Assembly (NCBI GenBank): GCA_965195345.1
Contig: OZ239628.1
Coordinates: 1,664,001 to 1,728,000 of the forward strand
Direction of reading: 5' to 3'
Origin: an uncultured Thiomicrospira sp.
GTDB lineage: Bacteria > Pseudomonadota > Gammaproteobacteria > CAKMZV01
DNA: 64,000 nucleotides
Positions 50,947-60,302 of this stretch are shown here, piece after piece. How positions within the stretch are numbered: the first letter of the stretch is position 1; each line of letters opens with the position of its first letter. Position numbers and translations under genes: made by a program. The notes under the pieces are model-generated. The model worked only from the letters and a program-made list of their open reading frames with translations. It was not told where the DNA came from and searched no databases.

Positions 50947-51264
50947 ATGGCACAATATGTCTTGGTTTATTTAGGTGGAAATCCACCATCCACACCCGAA
51001 GAAGGGCAAAAACATTTTGCAAGATACATGGAATGGATAAAATCATTGGGTGATGCTGCCGTCAGTCCCGCAAACCCACTAAAAGATACCCATACAGTAC
51101 TTCCAGATGGCTCAATAAAAGATGGAGGAATGATTGGTATGTCAGGCTACACCATTGTTGAAGCCGATTCAATGGATGAGGCACTAAAAATGGCAAAATC
51201 GTGCCCGTTTTTAGAAATAAATGGAACACTAGAAGTATCGGAACGAATCGATATGGCGATGTAA
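50947..51264 (+). CDS. YciI/DGPF-related domain protein
   Basis: SGYTIVEADSMDEAL.MAKSCP.L...GTLEV pattern, AAGGT RBS. Confidence 0.8.
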   Translation: MAQYVLVYLGGNPPSTPEEGQKHFARYMEWIKSLGDAAVSPANPLKDTHTVLPDGSIKDGGMIGMSGYTIVEADSMDEALKMAKSCPFLEINGTLEVSERIDMAM

Positions 51265-51746
51265 AAAATTAGTTTCAACTATGTACTTCACATAAAAAAA
51301 GAAAAACTGGCAACGTGATTTTTGTTTGTTCTTTATGGATAAGAAAATTTAGAATTATTCCTCAACTGCTTGAAACACACTTTTTTTTAATTTCTTTCTG
51401 ATAACTGAATACTTGATTCAAAAATGGAGTCATTGTCAGTGACTTTTGTCCGATTCCTAAAAATGAACGATAGTATAAAAAAAGAATAAGCAAAACAAAA
51501 AAAGTTTAAAGCTCAATTTGCTAGCAAAGGCATATAATGATTATCGTCCCTTATCTTTCTATAAATAATCTATGAAATCATTCTTTAATAAACATCAAAC
51601 TCAAAACTCTCACGACTCGATATTCGTAGGTGAATTCTTTTTATATTTAATAAAACCATTGGTATGATTTCACAGAACAGCGTCCAAAAAAAATTCATCA
51701 AACACTCTCGCTGGAATTTTAACAGGAATCCCTATTGAGTTAATTT

Positions 51747-53054
51747 ATGAATTTATTTAATATTAAATTACCGAGCGACCGCGCAATATACTACAGAGAT
51801 AATATTGAAGGTAATTCATTTTTTTTAATTCTAGCCACATTGACCGTTTATTGTTATTTTTGCCTTGGTCTTGTCCTACCTTTTGCTCATGGAATCCCAG
51901 CAATTTTGCTAATAATTTTAGGTGTTTGGAGTCTAATTAGACATACGCCCACATCAAATCCCTATCCATCAAAATGGTTACTGGCGATGTACCTATTACC
52001 GGTTATAACCGCTATTCCTCACTTGATGATGGACAATGACTTTGAAGTGCTTGACACGCCTTCGCGCTATCTTCTTGCAATACCGTTGCTTTGGCTTATA
52101 CCATTCATTCGTATTAATGCACAATTCCTCTTATTCAGTGCTGCCTGCGGATTATGGGTTGGTGGTATTGGAGCACTCCTAGGATATTTCAATTTCATAG
52201 ACTATTACTCCCCTCCTCCACGGTTGGCTCTAATAAACGGAGTCCATGTTATCTTCTATGCATACTTACAGGCAGCTCTTTTTATCATAACTTTTGCGTA
52301 TCTTCTTTTGCTTAGACCCACCAAGCGTTGGTTTATTATTTTCATATTAGGTGGGTTAGGGCTAGGCTTTTTTGCACTATTTTCATCAGGCACACGAGGA
52401 GCATGGCTTTCATTAATAATTATTTTGCCCACTTTAGTATTCATGCAGTACAAACCGAAAAAACAAAGTCTTTGGAGACTCCTCTTTCCCCCCTTGACTA
52501 TTCTTTTATTAATAATAGGTTCATCCCAAATTCCTCATGTAAAAAAGACCTATAGCGAGGATATCAATGAAATAAAGAGTTACATTGCTTCCAATCAACT
52601 TGGAAACTTTGCGAAAAGTAGTTTTGGAGAGCGGGTTATAAGATGGCATGAAGCATTGCTACTATTTTCAGAACGACCGTTGCTTGGTTGGGGCTATCAA
52701 GATCGCTTTGAACGTCATCAACAATATATAAAAGAAGGAAAAAGCCATCACTACAAAGTCGATGGACTAAAATCTTCAACGCATAATGAAATATTACACA
52801 TGGCCGCCCAGCGAGGTATTCTCGGACTGATTGCTCTCTTTCCTCTTTACATAATCCCAGTTTGGATAGCGTGGAAAAAAGAAAAAGTTGTTCGTATTCC
52901 GATTATTTGCTTAGCAGCAACATACTTTATTTCAGGCCTTACAGAGTCTCCTCTACTCTATCATCAAGCGACTGCATTATTTTATGCTTTTACCATTCCT
53001 CTGCTTTTATCAGCAAAAACCGTACCTATTAAACAGTCGGCTACTCCTGTTTGA
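51747..53054 (+). CDS. O-antigen ligase / Wzy_C family membrane protein
   Basis: Multi-TM, SGTRGAW, SFGER...W, PLLGWG and THNEIL....RGILG motifs. Confidence 0.88.
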   Translation: MNLFNIKLPSDRAIYYRDNIEGNSFFLILATLTVYCYFCLGLVLPFAHGIPAILLIILGVWSLIRHTPTSNPYPSKWLLAMYLLPVITAIPHLMMDNDFEVLDTPSRYLLAIPLLWLIPFIRINAQFLLFSAACGLWVGGIGALLGYFNFIDYYSPPPRLALINGVHVIFYAYLQAALFIITFAYLLLLRPTKRWFIIFILGGLGLGFFALFSSGTRGAWLSLIIILPTLVFMQYKPKKQSLWRLLFPPLTILLLIIGSSQIPHVKKTYSEDINEIKSYIASNQLGNFAKSSFGERVIRWHEALLLFSERPLLGWGYQDRFERHQQYIKEGKSHHYKVDGLKSSTHNEILHMAAQRGILGLIALFPLYIIPVWIAWKKEKVVRIPIICLAATYFISGLTESPLLYHQATALFYAFTIPLLLSAKTVPIKQSATPV

Positions 53055-53076
53055 AACACTTTGATCGTTCACAGCA

Positions 53077-54273
53077 ATGTTTGATTTACTGAGACAAAAC
53101 AAAACCACACTTTATGGTGCTAGCGCCTTAACCATCATCATATTAATCTTGGTCTGCTCAATTCCCTTTCAACAAGGACCGCTGATTTTTGAAACACTTC
53201 ATCACGTCACTGTTCAATTCTTAAAAGGAAACGATCCCTATTCTTCCTTTCCACAATACTATTTATACAAATACAGTCCCACTTTTTTGCTTTTAGTCTT
53301 AACCCCATTAGCGCAGTTTGAAGTACTACCTGCTGCAATACTGTGGCAGTTCATTTCAGTGGGATTGTGGTTCTTTGGATTGATGCTATTGCTTGCTAAA
53401 TTGCCCTTTAAAACATGTCCAAGTTGGGGTTGGATGCTGTTGATTGTTTTTTCAACCTTACATGATATTTTCGCAAACAGCGTTTATCTTCAATCAAATG
53501 CTATCGTACTAGCAGGCATGATGTTTGCAACGCATTTTTATCAAAAAAAACACTGGGCTTTGGCTGCTTTGATGCTTGCCTTTGTAACTAACATGAAAAT
53601 ATTTCCTATTGTTTTTATGCTTCTCCTTTTCTGTGACAGACAATACCGATTTATTATGTGGAGCGTCTTATTTTCAATGCTTTTTGCCATAGTTCCTTAC
53701 GTCACTATAGGAATCGGAAAAGCAAACCTTCTATACCAAAGTTGGATGAACAACTTAATTATTGATCGCTCTCTGATATGGGGGGAAGATATTCATCATT
53801 ACCTCAGTATTAAGCCTTTCAGTCAACTGCACTTTAACTATGTGTGGGGAGATAATTACATTGTTTTGTTAGCAGCAGTCGCACTGGTTGTCGCATGGAT
53901 TGTTGTTCGTCATCGAGACAAACAAGCTTTTTCTACTGTACAAACACACCAAATATTGGCACTCTCTTTATCATTCATTTTATTATTCAATACCCGCACT
54001 GAAGGACCTTCTCTAGTTTTTCTGACTGCCATATACCCTTTCCTCTGGTCATGGATATACACTCAGTCTACCAAGAAACGTTTTTATAGTTGGTTATTAA
54101 CAGCTCTATTCATTCTAACCTCTTTATCAACAACCGATATATTCAGAAATACTTGGATTCAACAAATCTCATGGGACAACAATCTGCGTGCATTGGGCAT
54201 CCTATTTCTTTTTATATGGATTATTCTCACCGTCATCAAGCGACAAAAAATGACGGAGAAAGAAGGCGTTTAA
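53077..54273 (+). CDS. GT87 (DUF2029) GT-C fold glycosyltransferase
   Basis: Multi-TM, DPY...YKYSPTF, QSNA and KIFP motifs. Confidence 0.78.
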   Translation: MFDLLRQNKTTLYGASALTIIILILVCSIPFQQGPLIFETLHHVTVQFLKGNDPYSSFPQYYLYKYSPTFLLLVLTPLAQFEVLPAAILWQFISVGLWFFGLMLLLAKLPFKTCPSWGWMLLIVFSTLHDIFANSVYLQSNAIVLAGMMFATHFYQKKHWALAALMLAFVTNMKIFPIVFMLLLFCDRQYRFIMWSVLFSMLFAIVPYVTIGIGKANLLYQSWMNNLIIDRSLIWGEDIHHYLSIKPFSQLHFNYVWGDNYIVLLAAVALVVAWIVVRHRDKQAFSTVQTHQILALSLSFILLFNTRTEGPSLVFLTAIYPFLWSWIYTQSTKKRFYSWLLTALFILTSLSTTDIFRNTWIQQISWDNNLRALGILFLFIWIILTVIKRQKMTEKEGV

Positions 54274-54309
54274 TTAGAATACTTAAATTGTCCCAAAAAA
54301 ACTCCGTCT

Positions 54310-56835
54310 TCACAATCTTGAAATAATCTTTTCAATCTGTTCTTTGCTATTGATTGAGCAATTACTGTTCAGCACACGTTCAAGCTGTGCTCTTGCTTTA
54401 AGCTTATTGCCTTCAGGCAAGTGTTGTACACCATCAAAACCAGTGAATATACGAGCTGCCAATTGTGCGTTTTCGCTATCCACTCTAATCAAAGACTCCG
54501 ATACCAATGCGTACCCTTTCCCATCTTCACGATGAAAAGCAACCATGTTTTGCATAAACGGTACCAATAATCCGCGCACTCTATTGGGTAGATTCCAATT
54601 GAAATCAGGATGATCAAACAATGCTTCAGCGACTTCTACTGTTGTTTCAACTGGCGGAAGCATTGATAAAGCAAACCAACGATCAATCAGCAAAGATTCT
54701 CCTTTTGCTTGCTCATAGAAATCTGCTAAAAGCCCTGTCCGACGACGGCATTCTTTTTTTGGTCTAAGCAGTGCCGCTGCAAGAGCACCCAGCCTTTCTG
54801 TCATATTCGTTGCCGTTTCAAACTGTTTGGATGCGTAATCTGGCTGATCAATAGCAATAAAACGTAGTAGCTGATTTCTCAATGAACGAATACCTATTTG
54901 ATCTGCCGCTGGACTATAGGGTTGAGTTAATTCTGTTGATAACTGAGTATATCGCTCTATAAGTACGTCACCCAGCTCTTTCCCAATTTCTTTGATTATT
55001 TCTTGGGTGCGTTTGCATAAATTTAAAAAATCCATTCCCCCTTCCGATAACAATGAACGAATTCCAGGCATTTGTAAAAGAAAGCTCAATAGTTTTGGAT
55101 CAATGCCTTGCTCAGCAACAAGAATGGAGATTGCTTTAACAAGCGTATTTATATCGAGTTTTCCAAGCATTGCAGCTTGAAAATTGCGTCTCGTGGCAAA
55201 CCAGCGATTATATGCATCATTGTCGTATTGCATGAGATGCAACCAATCACTATCACTTGCATCCCACTCCAAACGGACTGGGGAAGACAATCTTCGCAAT
55301 GGGGAGAGTACGCTGCCTTCAGGTACATCTTTAACAGTTATTTCTAAGTGGGGTTCGTTAAAGACAATCATTTCATCATCTTTCAAGCAGCAACCTTTAC
55401 TATCTATAACACCATAGACAAAAGGAATGGGTAGTATGGCATTATTCTGGCAATGTTGCTGCAATTCAATAGTTAAACAATCATTCGACCATTTTGAACG
55501 CACTTTCAATGTTGGCGTGCCTGCTTGATCATACCAACCTTTCAACATCGACAAATCTACTCCATTCGCCTCTCCCATCGCATCCCTAAATTCTTCAACA
55601 GTTGCGCCAGTGCCATCGTGTTTTTTTAAATAATGTCGCAACCCCTTATTAAAACCCTCACGTCCAAGTATTGTTTGGTATAGGCGGACTACTTCTGCGC
55701 CTTTTTCGTATATAGTATGTGTGTAAAAATTATTGATTTCAGCATACTCTTTGGGTTGGATTGGATGCGACAATGCGCCCGCATCCTCAACAAATTGTAA
55801 ATCCATCAAAAGCTGAACGTCTTCAATGCGTTTGCAAACACCATCGCGCATATCAGCCGTAAACTCCTGATCACGAAATACCGTCAACCCCTCTTTTAAA
55901 GTTAATTGAAACCAATCACGGCAAGTTACGCGATTGCCCGTCCAATTATGGAAATATTCATGAGCAACCACTGACTCAATACGTTCATAATCAATGTCAG
56001 ACGCCATGTCAGATTGGGCAAAAACCAATTTGGCATTGAAAATATTCAGCCCTTTGTTTTCCATCGCACCAGAGTTGAAATGATCAACTGCAACGATGTG
56101 AAAAACATCCAAATCATAGCTCAGCCCGAATCGCTCCTCATCCCAGCGCATCGACTTTTTTAAAGATTCCAAAGCAAAATAACATTTATCAATATGTTGC
56201 CGCTCGGCATGAATTTTCAAAGTAACTTCTCGACCCTCATTAGTGGTAAAACTGTCGGCTTTTGTAAGTAATGGACCTGCAACCAAGGCAAATAAATAAC
56301 AAGGTTTAGGATGTGGATCTACAAAAGTTGCAAAATGCCGCTGTAAGTCCAGCGATCCTTGGTCGATACAATTACCATTACTTAACAAGATGGGACATCG
56401 CTCAATATCGGCTTCTATTCGCACTGTAAATTGTGAAAGAACATCTGGGCGATCGGGAAACCACGTAATACGTCGAAAACCTTCTGCTTCGCATTGTGTA
56501 CAGTAGATACTATTTGAATAATATAACCCTTCAAAACATTTATTGCGCTTAGGATCAATGCGTACAATAGTTCTAAGATGCACATCATTTGGCAAAGCAT
56601 GAATACTCAATGTATCTTTGTCTATCGTATATTGTTCACAGTCTAATAATGCGCCATTTACTTCTGCTGAAATCATCTCAAGGTCCTCACCGTTGAGCAC
56701 CAACGTATTCTCTTCACCTTTACTCTGAAACCTCAAATAACTATGCACTTCACAGTAGTCATCATAGAGTTTAAATGTCAAAGAAACCATTTTAAGGTTC
56801 CACGGATAAGCCTTATAATCTTTCAAATAAAACAT
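54310..56835 (-). CDS. pepN: Aminopeptidase N (M1)
   Basis: TQCEAEGFRRIT, GAMENKGLNIFN, HEYFHNWTGNRVTCRDWFQL and YEKGAEV motifs. Confidence 0.97.
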   Translation of the reverse strand: MFYLKDYKAYPWNLKMVSLTFKLYDDYCEVHSYLRFQSKGEENTLVLNGEDLEMISAEVNGALLDCEQYTIDKDTLSIHALPNDVHLRTIVRIDPKRNKCFEGLYYSNSIYCTQCEAEGFRRITWFPDRPDVLSQFTVRIEADIERCPILLSNGNCIDQGSLDLQRHFATFVDPHPKPCYLFALVAGPLLTKADSFTTNEGREVTLKIHAERQHIDKCYFALESLKKSMRWDEERFGLSYDLDVFHIVAVDHFNSGAMENKGLNIFNAKLVFAQSDMASDIDYERIESVVAHEYFHNWTGNRVTCRDWFQLTLKEGLTVFRDQEFTADMRDGVCKRIEDVQLLMDLQFVEDAGALSHPIQPKEYAEINNFYTHTIYEKGAEVVRLYQTILGREGFNKGLRHYLKKHDGTGATVEEFRDAMGEANGVDLSMLKGWYDQAGTPTLKVRSKWSNDCLTIELQQHCQNNAILPIPFVYGVIDSKGCCLKDDEMIVFNEPHLEITVKDVPEGSVLSPLRRLSSPVRLEWDASDSDWLHLMQYDNDAYNRWFATRRNFQAAMLGKLDINTLVKAISILVAEQGIDPKLLSFLLQMPGIRSLLSEGGMDFLNLCKRTQEIIKEIGKELGDVLIERYTQLSTELTQPYSPAADQIGIRSLRNQLLRFIAIDQPDYASKQFETATNMTERLGALAAALLRPKKECRRRTGLLADFYEQAKGESLLIDRWFALSMLPPVETTVEVAEALFDHPDFNWNLPNRVRGLLVPFMQNMVAFHREDGKGYALVSESLIRVDSENAQLAARIFTGFDGVQHLPEGNKLKARAQLERVLNSNCSINSKEQIEKIISRL

Positions 56836-56878
56836 TTTTTCCTTATTATTTTAATAATCCAAAGACACCAGTCCGTTC

Positions 56879-57520
56879 TTATTGGGCTGATATAGGATTG
56901 AAATTTAATCGTTTTTTTAACTTAAACAAATGCTCGTATCCTTCCCCTCCTGGTACATTTTTTTCTTTATTTGAAAGGACATGTTCAACTTCAAAATATC
57001 TTTTGCATTCACTGTAAACATCTTCTGCAGTTAGGGAGAACGGAGGCGATTTTTCGCTGTTATGCTCCAATGCGATCAAAAAAACTTCTCCATTATCACG
57101 CAATAATTCAGCAATTTTTGCCAAATAATCATCCCGCATATGCTTTGGAAGTGCGATCAATGCTGCTCGATCGTACACTGCATCAAAATCATTGGCATAG
57201 GTAAAAAAGTCCGTACAGTGAACGAAAAGGTTTTGGCATCTATATACTTGTTCAGCGTTATTCTTTTGTATTTGCGCCTGTAAACCCGTTTCTGCAAAAA
57301 ACGATTCTATAGCGTGTTGATTAATTTCCACTGCGTGCGTCTCAACACCAAGATTCTTAAAAAAAACCATGCATTGCGCCTTGCCACACATTGGAACCAA
57401 AATCTTTTTAGGCTGACCCATCACTTCCTTCCAATATCTAATCAACAACGGATGCATGCCTCCCAAATCAAAACCAATACGGTTTTCATGCCAACGACTA
57501 TTCCAATATTCAATATCCAT
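56879..57520 (-). CDS. tpm: Thiopurine S-methyltransferase family protein
   Basis: W..RW....IGF, LVPMCGK, YDRAALIALP and PPFS motifs. Start placed at MDIEYW. Confidence 0.85.
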   Translation of the reverse strand: MDIEYWNSRWHENRIGFDLGGMHPLLIRYWKEVMGQPKKILVPMCGKAQCMVFFKNLGVETHAVEINQHAIESFFAETGLQAQIQKNNAEQVYRCQNLFVHCTDFFTYANDFDAVYDRAALIALPKHMRDDYLAKIAELLRDNGEVFLIALEHNSEKSPPFSLTAEDVYSECKRYFEVEHVLSNKEKNVPGGEGYEHLFKLKKRLNFNPISAQ

Positions 57521-58967
57521 AATCAAAAAACCGTTGCATTGTTTCCTCGCTTCCCAAAATAGCAAAATCTATACGAGCACGAGTTAATGCTGTGTATAGT
57601 AGCGAACGCATGAACAATCGTTTATCCATAGTGTCATCGACCCAAAGCCAGACGCCATCAAACTCAGATCCTTGCGACTGATGAACAGTAAGAGCCCACG
57701 CTTGAGAAAAGTAAACAGAAGCCTCATCTATCAATATCGCTTTGTTCTCATGATTAAAAACCACCAAAAAATCCCCTTTCTCGCTTGTGACCTTAAAGCC
57801 TTGATCGCCTTTTGAGTATTGCGAACCACTTCCTTCCAATATAATCGGCAAAATGCCTGCTAAGGCAAAAAAACTGGACAAATGGCTGTTAATTGCCATC
57901 AATCCTTTGCTCCCTTTACGTTGAGGAGTCAGCAGGGCAAATCGTGACTGACTATTCAATAACTCTTGCCATTTTTCTTCTTTAACTAATTCTTGCCAAT
58001 TTGCAACTTTGTCTGAATAAAGTTGTTCTAAATGCTGAACTTTATTTGCTTCTCCCAAAAATAATTGAGCATGCATGTCTTCTGCTTTGAAGACTGAAAA
58101 CTCATTATTGAGAACCGCTAGAGCAAGACGGTCTATTCGACTATCACCGCCAAAACGGTAACGTTGCTGTAAATACACTATATTTGCAGGCTGATACTCT
58201 TCAACCAATTGAATGACACCCCCTAATTCGACACTATCAAGCTGATTTGCATCCCCCATCCAAACAATGTGCCGTACCCATTTGCTTGCTTTGAGTAATA
58301 CAGATGCTAACTCAAGAGTGAGCATTGAAACCTCGTCCACTACTACCAAATCGTAGGGTATTGATTCAACCTTAGCATTCACGTCTGATCCAAGACCGAG
58401 AATATTATGCAATGTGCCAACAGTAATATTACTGGCGTTATTATTTTTACTAAGCGATTCTCGTAATCTTGAAGCTGCTTTGTTTGTTGGGGCGCAAAGA
58501 GCAATATCTATGTCAGATTTTTGACTGATGCAGTACTCAACTAAATGCGTTGCAATAGTTGTTTTCCCAGAACCTGGTCCTCCGCAAATAAAGTTAAATC
58601 CACTTTGTAAACTTTTCTCTATTGCTTGATTCTGCTCTTCCCCTAACGCTGGAATAGAAGTATAAGCGGTTTCTATTCTTTCATTGCAACGATCCCGCAA
58701 AAGGTTTATTATGTTTTGTTTTGCTTGCCAGAATCGACCTGGAACCAATAAATCTTCCTCAATCACCCAAGGTGCTAAGGTTGTTTTCACTATCGGCAAT
58801 CCATACAATACTTTGCGATCAATTGACGGCGGAATCTGAACACCATACGTCGAATTTTCAAGACACTCAATAAACGCATCATCAAGAAAATCAATAACCG
58901 CATCAGGAGCGTCGACTTTAAAAGACTTTAATAAATTCCGTGTTAAATGCACTTCAATCCGAATCAA
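57510..58967 (-). CDS. recD: RecD-like SF1B helicase (short, divergent)
   Basis: GGPGSGKTT, APTNKAA.RL, VVDEVSM, GDANQL.SV, TVHQSQGSEF and LLYTALTRA motifs. Confidence 0.75.
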   Translation of the reverse strand: MIRIEVHLTRNLLKSFKVDAPDAVIDFLDDAFIECLENSTYGVQIPPSIDRKVLYGLPIVKTTLAPWVIEEDLLVPGRFWQAKQNIINLLRDRCNERIETAYTSIPALGEEQNQAIEKSLQSGFNFICGGPGSGKTTIATHLVEYCISQKSDIDIALCAPTNKAASRLRESLSKNNNASNITVGTLHNILGLGSDVNAKVESIPYDLVVVDEVSMLTLELASVLLKASKWVRHIVWMGDANQLDSVELGGVIQLVEEYQPANIVYLQQRYRFGGDSRIDRLALAVLNNEFSVFKAEDMHAQLFLGEANKVQHLEQLYSDKVANWQELVKEEKWQELLNSQSRFALLTPQRKGSKGLMAINSHLSSFFALAGILPIILEGSGSQYSKGDQGFKVTSEKGDFLVVFNHENKAILIDEASVYFSQAWALTVHQSQGSEFDGVWLWVDDTMDKRLFMRSLLYTALTRARIDFAILGSEETMQRFFDYGY

Positions 58968-60135
58968 ACATTAACCGAATATTGTGAATAGCTTGACGGA
59001 TACGCTGGGGATTTTCAATAAGACTAAATCGTACATGCGTGTCACCTAAAGCACCAAAGCCTATCCCAGGGGATACTGCGACCGACGCATCCTTGATGAG
59101 TTTTTTAGAAAACTCTAATGAGCCCATATGTTGATATTTTTCAGGAATACGAACCCAAGTCATCATTGAAGCTCTGGGAGGAGTCACTTGCCAACCAATA
59201 CTATTCAGCCCTTTACATAAAGTATCTCTGCGCTCACGATACATGTTGACTATTTCATCAACACAATCTTGAGGCCCTTCAAGCGCTTGAATTGCCGCAA
59301 CTTGAATGGGTGTAAACGTCCCATAGTCCATGTAAGACTTTATTCGTGCCAAAGCAGCGACTAATTTACTATTTCCAACCATAAAACCCACACGCCAGCC
59401 AGGCATGTTGTAGGTCTTAGATAATGAATAAAACTCAACCGCTAATTCTTTTGCACCTTTCACTTGAAGCACTGACGGCACTGGATCGCCTTCATAAATA
59501 ATGTCCGCATAAGCCAGATCATGAATCAACCAAATTTCATATTTTCTACAAATTGCCACAACCTCTTCAAAAAACGAAAGATCCACACACTGTGATGTCG
59601 GATTACTAGGGAAGTTCAACACTAATGCTTTCGGTCTTGGAGTAACTGAAATAAGGGAATACTTCAAATTTTCAAAAAAAGCCTCAAGATCATCGTCTAA
59701 AGCAACATGTCGCACATCGGCTCCAGCAATTACAAAGCCATACGTATGAATTGGATAACATGGATCAGGAACCAGTATAGTATCACCAGGACCTGAAATA
59801 GCCATTGCCAAATGCGCTAACCCCTCCTTTGAACCAATGGTAACAATTGCCTCACTTTCAGGATCAATGCTTACATTAAATTTCGTAGCATAACGACGAC
59901 ACATTGCTCTACGTAATGCTGGAATTCCTCGGGATTGGGAGTAGCGATGTGTATCATCACGTCTTGCCGTTTCAACGAGCTTATCAACAATGTGTGTTGG
60001 GGTTGGCTGATCAGGATTTCCCATACCAAAGTCAATGATATCCTTACCTTTTTTTCTTTCCAAAGTACACAAGCTTCCGATGACGTTGAATACGTAAGGA
60101 GGCAATCGTTTTATTCGAAAAAAATCATCATTCAT
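58954..60135 (-). CDS. alaC: Alanine transaminase AlaC (class I PLP aminotransferase)
   Basis: RIKRLPPYVF, DFGMGNPD, GSKEGLAHL, SKTYNMPGWRVGF and KSYMDYG motifs. Confidence 0.92.
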   Translation of the reverse strand: MNDDFFRIKRLPPYVFNVIGSLCTLERKKGKDIIDFGMGNPDQPTPTHIVDKLVETARRDDTHRYSQSRGIPALRRAMCRRYATKFNVSIDPESEAIVTIGSKEGLAHLAMAISGPGDTILVPDPCYPIHTYGFVIAGADVRHVALDDDLEAFFENLKYSLISVTPRPKALVLNFPSNPTSQCVDLSFFEEVVAICRKYEIWLIHDLAYADIIYEGDPVPSVLQVKGAKELAVEFYSLSKTYNMPGWRVGFMVGNSKLVAALARIKSYMDYGTFTPIQVAAIQALEGPQDCVDEIVNMYRERRDTLCKGLNSIGWQVTPPRASMMTWVRIPEKYQHMGSLEFSKKLIKDASVAVSPGIGFGALGDTHVRFSLIENPQRIRQAIHNIRLMFDSD

Positions 60136-60302
60136 TTTAAAATCTCGGTTACATACTCCTTGAGTGCAACTTTTGCCAATTAATTATACAAACGACGCGC
60201 AGGTTCGACAACAGGGAGCATGGTTATATGGACGTACTAAATAGACATGACAATTATACAGAAACCAAGTTAATCAACTCAAACGAATCGAGGAAAATGA
60301 TT

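Noticed and set aside
50361-51746. Small ORFs with long spacers suggesting integron cassettes
   Set aside because: Isolated CTAAC/ATAAC words have no matching GTTRRRY ends or repeated attC structure, the ORFs are in opposite orientations, and there is no integrase.
60195-60220. GCAGGTTCGAC resembling a tRNA T-arm or att site
   Set aside because: No complementary stem, no cloverleaf, and no match to the two tRNAs in the window.
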